Positions 14,671-20,000 of a stretch of 20,000 bases of DNA are shown one piece after another; position 1 is the stretch's first letter, and every line of letters starts with the position of its first letter. The notes beneath the pieces were generated by a model. That model saw nothing but the letters and a program-made list of their open reading frames with translations, was not told the DNA's origin and made no database searches. The DNA comes from an uncultured virus (IMG/VR IMGVR_UViG_3300031650_000001). Lineage: Duplodnaviria > Heunggongvirae > Uroviricota > Caudoviricetes. The DNA lies in IMG/VR virus record IMGVR_UViG_3300031650_000001. The stretch is one strand, 5' to 3'. The position numbers were made by a program, and so were the translations under genes.

Positions 14671-16070
14671 GGGTTGCGCCCGAGGCTGTAGAGATAGGCG
14701 ATTTCGGCGGCGGTCGCGGCGTGGGGGAGCTGGTGAAAATCGCTGATGTCACAATTGGCGTGATTCGCGTCGGTGCCGTTGTTGTTGTGCGCGTACAAAT
14801 AGCAGTCAGCGGTTGACAGTGTCTCAGTGAACGCGCCTGAACTCGCCGCGGTCCCGTCAATTGTGATGATGATGCCTGTGGTCGTGAACGTCACGGTTAC
14901 GTGCGACCACACACCAGCGGTCAGCGTTGCCGTGCTGTCAAAAGTCGCGTTACCGCCACCGGTTCCGGCAACCGCGCGAACCTTTCCATTCGTCTGAACT
15001 TGCACGTAGCAAGCATTGCTGCTGCCGTCGATCGATCCCCAGAGTGAATACGCAGCCAGCAGATCCGTCACCCGCACCCAAACGTCAAACGTGCAACCGG
15101 TCGCATTTGGGGCCGTACCCAAGTCGAGGTATTGGCTGCTCGCCGCAGCGGCGTTGACTAGGTCATTTGCCTGGTCGTGTGTCGGCGCGGTCCCCGCCGT
15201 AGCGTCGTTCCCACACCCGCATTTGTCCGCCCAAGTAGTAACGTCCCCGCCGGCAGTCGCAACCGTCGAGTCGTCGGCAGCGTCAAGCCAAATACCAGTT
15301 ACGCCGTGTGGCACGACCAGCGGAAGAGTATCTGCCCAGCGGGTGGGGAACTTCGCAGCTCGTGCGGCGCGGGACTCGAAGATCTCGGTGGTGGTCTGGA
15401 GGGAATCGCGACCCCAGGCGGCTTGGAACGCCCCGTCAAAAAAGTTGGTAGACTGATCGTAATATCCACCCAGTGATGTGGCCCCTCCCATGCTACAAGT
15501 GACGGGATAGGCGGCAGACCCGATGTGTACCCCGTTGCGGTATGCGGATGCAGTGGTGGTAGCAAAATCCAAATGAAATTCTAGTGACTGTTCCCCGGTG
15601 GTGGCAGAGCCCAAATTCAGTAAACCGGATGTATATGCGGCAACTTGACCAACGTTGGTGTGGGAATAGAGGACAAGCCTGCCCGTCTGAAAATCGATGA
15701 GGTAATCGTGACTTCCGGTAGCATCGTCAGCATCGATGTCAAACCAGAACGAGTGGCTCGTGCCCGCTGGCCATCCCGCACCCTCCGCAAGCCCGTAGCA
15801 GTCCGCGGTTCCGTCCACCGCGATCTCCGCGTTGCCGTCCGCATCTGCACCCACGGTCCCCTGCTTGGCGTCGGTGTTCTGCACCGCATGGTGTCCGTTG
15901 CCACTCAGGTCCACCAGCAAGCGCGCCTGGTCCCCAGCTTCGGCATTCGCTGGATCCGTCTCGTGCACCGCTGCATCAAACCAGAACGTGGGCGCCTGCT
16001 GGTAGTGCACGCTCAGCGCCAGCGATGGCCGCGCGAGGCCGCAACGACGGAGCAGGTCAATTAATCGCAT
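14667..16070 (-). CDS. virion/tail-associated protein with two LamG/concanavalin-A-like domains
   Basis: WFDAA...DLSGNGHHAVQ and WLDAAD...WADKCGCGNDA; TFDVWVR, WSHVTVT...IDG. Confidence 0.8.
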   Translation of the reverse strand: MRLIDLLRRCGLARPSLALSVHYQQAPTFWFDAAVHETDPANAEAGDQARLLVDLSGNGHHAVQNTDAKQGTVGADADGNAEIAVDGTADCYGLAEGAGWPAGTSHSFWFDIDADDATGSHDYLIDFQTGRLVLYSHTNVGQVAAYTSGLLNLGSATTGEQSLEFHLDFATTTASAYRNGVHIGSAAYPVTCSMGGATSLGGYYDQSTNFFDGAFQAAWGRDSLQTTTEIFESRAARAAKFPTRWADTLPLVVPHGVTGIWLDAADDSTVATAGGDVTTWADKCGCGNDATAGTAPTHDQANDLVNAAAASSQYLDLGTAPNATGCTFDVWVRVTDLLAAYSLWGSIDGSSNACYVQVQTNGKVRAVAGTGGGNATFDSTATLTAGVWSHVTVTFTTTGIIITIDGTAASSGAFTETLSTADCYLYAHNNNGTDANHANCDISDFHQLPHAATAAEIAYLYSLGRNP

Positions 16071-16084
16071 CGTAGTTCACCGAA

Positions 16085-16792
16085 TCAAGCGTCAACAAAT
16101 CCCATCATGCTGGTGCAGGTCGTGCCCGCCTTCGTGATCTTCGTGAAGCGCCCCGGAATCAGGGAGCCAGCCAACACGATGATCGTCTTGTCGGCACCGT
16201 CTCCAGCCATGCGGTAGATCAGGGTTCCGCCGCCGCCGACGAAGAGCCAATCTTGGGTTGCGCCGAATGTGTGATCGGTGGCTGAGATGTCGACGGCCTC
16301 GCCTGCGTTCGGGCGCTGGTCGAGTAGGGTGTTCGTCGTCCCGATCAGAGTCTCGACCCCATCGACGTCGGCATGTAGCGTCGCGGAGTCAATCGACAGC
16401 GCGGACCGTGTGCAGAGTGCCTGGAGTATGTCCGGGAAGCAAGCGAAGTCGAGCACGACGCAAGCGGTCGGACTGCCCGCGACGTCGGTCAGCCTGATCG
16501 TGATGTACGCTTTCGGCGTCACCGCAAGCGGCAACGGGAGGGTCGTCCCGATCGATCCGGTTGCGCCAGCCAATGCGGACCAGTTGCCCTTGACGGTTGG
16601 GTCGTCGCCGGCGTCACACGTCCAGACTGCGGCGGTCGCGCTGGTGCCGTCCAGCAGCTGCACCAGGACTTGCGTGACGGTGCTGGGCGCCACGAATACC
16701 CGCGCCGCGTCCGGCGCCGTCGTGGATGGCGCGTCGTCCGCGGTCAGGGGTGCGCCGGTGATCTGATGGTAGGCTTGCCACGTTGCGGTCAT
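16085..16792 (-). CDS. hypothetical beta-rich structural protein (235 aa)
   Basis: AGGAG RBS; Thr/Ala/Gly-rich; located in the tail region. Confidence 0.75.
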   Translation of the reverse strand: MTATWQAYHQITGAPLTADDAPSTTAPDAARVFVAPSTVTQVLVQLLDGTSATAAVWTCDAGDDPTVKGNWSALAGATGSIGTTLPLPLAVTPKAYITIRLTDVAGSPTACVVLDFACFPDILQALCTRSALSIDSATLHADVDGVETLIGTTNTLLDQRPNAGEAVDISATDHTFGATQDWLFVGGGGTLIYRMAGDGADKTIIVLAGSLIPGRFTKITKAGTTCTSMMGFVDA

Positions 16793-16806
16793 TGCTCAGG
16801 CTCCTA

Positions 16807-16938
16807 TTACTCGGGCACGTTGTTGTCGACGGCTTGCGCGATCCAGGCGGGCCATTCCTCGCGTTCGGTAGAGTCCGCGAAGGTGCGAGCGTCTGAGGTC
16901 TCAATGAAGGCGTGATCGACTTGGCGAATAGCGCTCAT
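16807..16938 (-). CDS. small ORF absent from the ORF track (43 aa, MSAIRQVDHAF...VPE)
   Basis: ATG overlaps the upstream TGA; TAA abuts the RBS of the next gene. Confidence 0.65.
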   Translation of the reverse strand: MSAIRQVDHAFIETSDARTFADSTEREEWPAWIAQAVDNNVPE

Positions 16939-17294
16939 GACTGCTGTGTCCCTTCTGATCCTTCAGGCTCCGACGGTGTTTCAGCCGCGGGCTCTTTCAT
17001 GTTTTCGACCGCGTCGCAGAACTCGACGATCGGCTTTGCAACGAGACCCCACGGCATAACCGCAACGCATTCCTGGAGCGTCTTGGCGTCGGCGTCTTCC
17101 AGGCTGATGAGTGAGCCAACTTGGACACCATCGAGAGCGGCCAAGACTCGCAAGCGTGTGCGCATCTGCTTCACGCCAAGGCCACCCTGCGGGATGTTCT
17201 CCAGCGCATGGATCGCAAGTTCAGCGTAGTTGCCTTTGAGTTGCTTTCCGCTGGCCAGCGTAGCGTCGAATGCTTCGTTGCGTAGAGTCTTCAT
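16935..17294 (-). CDS. hypothetical protein (119 aa), possible tail-fibre accessory
   Basis: GGGAG RBS; ATGA overlaps; position downstream of the fibre gene. Confidence 0.75.
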   Translation of the reverse strand: MKTLRNEAFDATLASGKQLKGNYAELAIHALENIPQGGLGVKQMRTRLRVLAALDGVQVGSLISLEDADAKTLQECVAVMPWGLVAKPIVEFCDAVENMKEPAAETPSEPEGSEGTQQS

Positions 17295-17572
17295 GACTTA
17301 CTCCCGGTCAGGCCAGTGTCGGCCATGGCTGCGTTGATGAACGGCGCCAACGCGGCTTGCAGCGCGTCCCAGTTCTTCTTCTGCTCGGCCGCTGTCTTGC
17401 CCACCATTCGCGGGTCGCAACGTCCGACGGCATCTCCGGCTGCATCAAAGCGCACGCGCAGACCCGCGGTCTCGGGTTCGTCACCGTGCGCCGGTTGGCA
17501 CATGATCAGAACCTCGGACGGCAGCGACGCCGAACCCGTATCGATCTCAATCGTCTTGGATAGCTTTGCCAT
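17291..17572 (-). CDS. hypothetical protein (93 aa)
   Basis: ORF coupled to the next gene by ATGA. Confidence 0.7.
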   Translation of the reverse strand: MAKLSKTIEIDTGSASLPSEVLIMCQPAHGDEPETAGLRVRFDAAGDAVGRCDPRMVGKTAAEQKKNWDALQAALAPFINAAMADTGLTGSKS

Positions 17573-17626
17573 GGATGTATCCCGCTGCGGCTCCCGTCGG
17601 CGCCGCCGTGAAAGGGTGGGAACCGA

Positions 17627-18430
17627 TCAACTGCGCAGCAGTGCCGCGAGTTCGTCTTGCGTGAAACTCAGCCGGGTGGGTTTCCAGTCCGGGTGGTCCT
17701 CTGGGCATCGCTCACGCTTGGGCACAAGTCGGCGGAATGGCTCCGGCTTGTGCCCATTGACGACGTCGAGATCGACAGGTCCAACGTCGTGCACTGGATG
17801 CAGCGTTGCTTGTGCCATCTGGTCATCAGTGACGCGCCATGTGTGAGCGTGCCCCGGAGCCGCGTGACGACGCTGCATGAAGTTGAAACGGCTCGTTGCA
17901 TAGAGCCGCGCGCCGCTCCGCGACATATTCTCGCACCACTGGCAATCTTCAGCGCAACGTGCCTCGGAGAATGGAACCGCGGATTCGGACCAACCCGAGA
18001 GAGTTGGCCCAGCGGCGTAGGTTGTGAGTCGGTTCTCTCCGGTCTGTTCGAAAAGCCGAAGCGTTCCGGCCATGGTCTCGACGTAGACTCGGGACTTTCC
18101 GATCACCTCGGCCAGCTCCGAGTGCTTGACGGCCTCGATCAGATATTCGGGGCCGTAGTAGTCGTCATCGTCGAAGCAGGCGAAAAACCCGCCGCCGTGC
18201 TTGCGGACCCATTCGATCCCTGCATTGCGTGCCTGTCCTGGACTTGGAGCACTCGTCAGGACCGCATCTGGTGATAACCTGGCCGCTTTGCACGCTCCAA
18301 CTGCGGTACCGTTCTCGACGATAACAAGGGACCGCCGATCGAAGCGCTGTCGGTTGAAGTTCTCCAGCACATTGCCGAGCATCGCCGACCGCCCCAATGG
18401 GACGATGACCACAACCGATCGCGCGCGCAT
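17627..18430 (-). CDS. glycosyltransferase family 2 (GT-A fold)
   Basis: VVVIVP, LVIVENG, GQARNAGI, FFACFDDDDYY, AED motif. Confidence 0.9.
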   Translation of the reverse strand: MRARSVVVIVPLGRSAMLGNVLENFNRQRFDRRSLVIVENGTAVGACKAARLSPDAVLTSAPSPGQARNAGIEWVRKHGGGFFACFDDDDYYGPEYLIEAVKHSELAEVIGKSRVYVETMAGTLRLFEQTGENRLTTYAAGPTLSGWSESAVPFSEARCAEDCQWCENMSRSGARLYATSRFNFMQRRHAAPGHAHTWRVTDDQMAQATLHPVHDVGPVDLDVVNGHKPEPFRRLVPKRERCPEDHPDWKPTRLSFTQDELAALLRS

Positions 18431-18433
18431 GAC

Positions 18434-20000
18434 TTACGAGATCGGGAAATAAACGCAGAGGCACTCCAAAATGAACTCGTACTGATTCCCTGAGTAGCTT
18501 GGGGTAATGGTGAATTCGAGATCGTCCCCGTTGGCGGCGACGCTCGGATGTGCACCGGTTAAGCCACAGCCCAGCGTGGCGACTGTCGCAAACACTTCGT
18601 TAACGGCGGCCTCAATCACGGCAAGGGTCGGCGTGCCGGTATTATCCCAGACTCGGATCGTACCCTCGCGCCAATATGTACCGGTCTGTGATGTTCCGTC
18701 TTCGCGCCACGACAGGATCGTCCATCGGTACTTCAGCACATAATTTGTCGTCGTTGCGGGCGGCGGTACCAGTGCGGTACGGGCAATGGTCCACGCCACG
18801 ACTGGGTCAGTTGCCGTTGATGTGTAGCGCGTTCGGTGTTCGAATTCACTGCTTCGCGCATTCGTGATTGCGACGGTCGGCGGTACGATGATCCCAGCAA
18901 ACGCCCGGTCGTGCCCCGCTGCCCATGTCACACCGCAACCGTAGTTGTAATTGCCTGGTGGCTGCGTGCCGCTGGCGGCTGGATCGCCCGAGCAGAACTT
19001 GCCGATCCCGCCGGGGTCGCTAGTACCAGACGCGGTGCCACCGGAAACGATCAACTCATTTCCGGGCGCTGTCCCGGTTTGCGCCGCTGGGCGCACGAAG
19101 TAGTCACCTGAAGTCGCGGAGCCCAACTCCAAATATTCGCCGTAGACGTCCTCGCCAAACACTGCCGCCGTGAGTTGCCCGGTGGCCTGGTAACGCCCGA
19201 CCAACACCTCGACATTGCCGCCGCTGCTCGTGCCGGCTCCGCCGTCTGCTGTGATATAGCCAGCAGCGAGTTGCAACTTCCCGGCGGTGAATGGGCCGCC
19301 AACTGTAACATCCACGTTTTGCGCGTGGACCTGCAGCGAGTCGGCGTTCTCGTCTCCGGTCTGCGCCTGTGAAATGACGGGGCCGACCACGGGATTGCCG
19401 AAATAGAGCGATGCGGCATCGACCTTGACGTAGTCCGCGCCGATCGTCAGGTACGTGGTCGCGCCCGACTTAAAGGAATGCGTCGTTGCCGTTGCGGTCC
19501 AGGCCGCGTTCGCTCCCACGTACGCGCTGACCGAGGTCGATGCGCTGACCTTCGTGTTCGTCAGGTTGGTAGCGTCGCCGAGCAGCAGATCGTTGGTGCT
19601 GATGCCCCAGATGCGCGAGTTAGCGGCAGCACCGTTCAGGCCATAGCCGGTGAAGTTCGCGGGACCGCGCACCATGCCGGTGCCGGAAACTGCGGCACCA
19701 CCGGGGGAGACGGAGATCCCGGTCGTCGCGGCGGTGAATTGGGCAGTAGTGCCATTCCGGTAGATGAACCGGTTCGCTGAGTCGATCAGCACGTCGTCGA
19801 CGTTGGTCCCGTCTCCGATATACAGATCGTCACTAGCGGTTAGATTTAGAACCTTTGCATCCGCTCCGCCACCGGTCAGCCCGTACAGGGAGAAATTATT
19901 GATCGTGCGGAACGTGCCCACAGTCGCGACCGTGGCGCCAACCGCCAGATAATTCGTCCCGACCCTGACCGTCGTCTGATACGCCTGCGCGCTGCCGGTG
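18434..20000 (-). CDS. tail fibre / receptor-binding-like protein (5' end outside the window)
   Basis: Frame is open to the window edge; Gly/Thr/Ala-rich beta repeats with an internal ~80-aa duplication. Confidence 0.75.
   Translation of the reverse strand, partial: TGSAQAYQTTVRVGTNYLAVGATVATVGTFRTINNFSLYGLTGGGADAKVLNLTASDDLYIGDGTNVDDVLIDSANRFIYRNGTTAQFTAATTGISVSPGGAAVSGTGMVRGPANFTGYGLNGAAANSRIWGISTNDLLLGDATNLTNTKVSASTSVSAYVGANAAWTATATTHSFKSGATTYLTIGADYVKVDAASLYFGNPVVGPVISQAQTGDENADSLQVHAQNVDVTVGGPFTAGKLQLAAGYITADGGAGTSSGGNVEVLVGRYQATGQLTAAVFGEDVYGEYLELGSATSGDYFVRPAAQTGTAPGNELIVSGGTASGTSDPGGIGKFCSGDPAASGTQPPGNYNYGCGVTWAAGHDRAFAGIIVPPTVAITNARSSEFEHRTRYTSTATDPVVAWTIARTALVPPPATTTNYVLKYRWTILSWREDGTSQTGTYWREGTIRVWDNTGTPTLAVIEAAVNEVFATVATLGCGLTGAHPSVAANGDDLEFTITPSYSGNQYEFILECLCVYFPIS

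Noticed and set aside
14667..20000. Diversity-generating retroelement acting on tail proteins
   Set aside because: No reverse transcriptase and no adenine-variant TR/VR pair seen in the window

Overview
GC-rich tailed-phage (or prophage) DNA with two convergent arms. The left arm (+, 26-7353) is a tightly coupled early/middle operon: a YqaJ-type exonuclease, a putative RecT-like annealase, a nucleoside-deoxyribosyltransferase-like/Zn-finger mosaic protein, a Lar-family protein and many small hypothetical genes. The right arm (-, >20000 to 7375) is the end of a late operon: tail fibre, GT2 glycosyltransferase, LamG-type protein, a holin-like protein with an internal lipobox, a lipoprotein, and four candidate hydrolases (papain-like, lysozyme/transglycosylase-like, CHAP, GH25). 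It ends at a UUCG intrinsic terminator. Two + strand inserts interrupt the lysis region. The first (about 9145-11030) is the most striking feature. It has its own promoter with a tandem operator, short unrelated ORFs separated by four copies of a covarying stem-loop placed between a stop codon and the next RBS, one near-empty 4-codon slot, and a terminal ribbon-helix-helix regulator. The second is a promoter plus a stand-alone MqsA/YgiT-type zinc finger. A structured intergenic RNA at 4141-4229 carries an anti-Shine-Dalgarno sequence. All calls come from reading motifs by eye; no searches were run.
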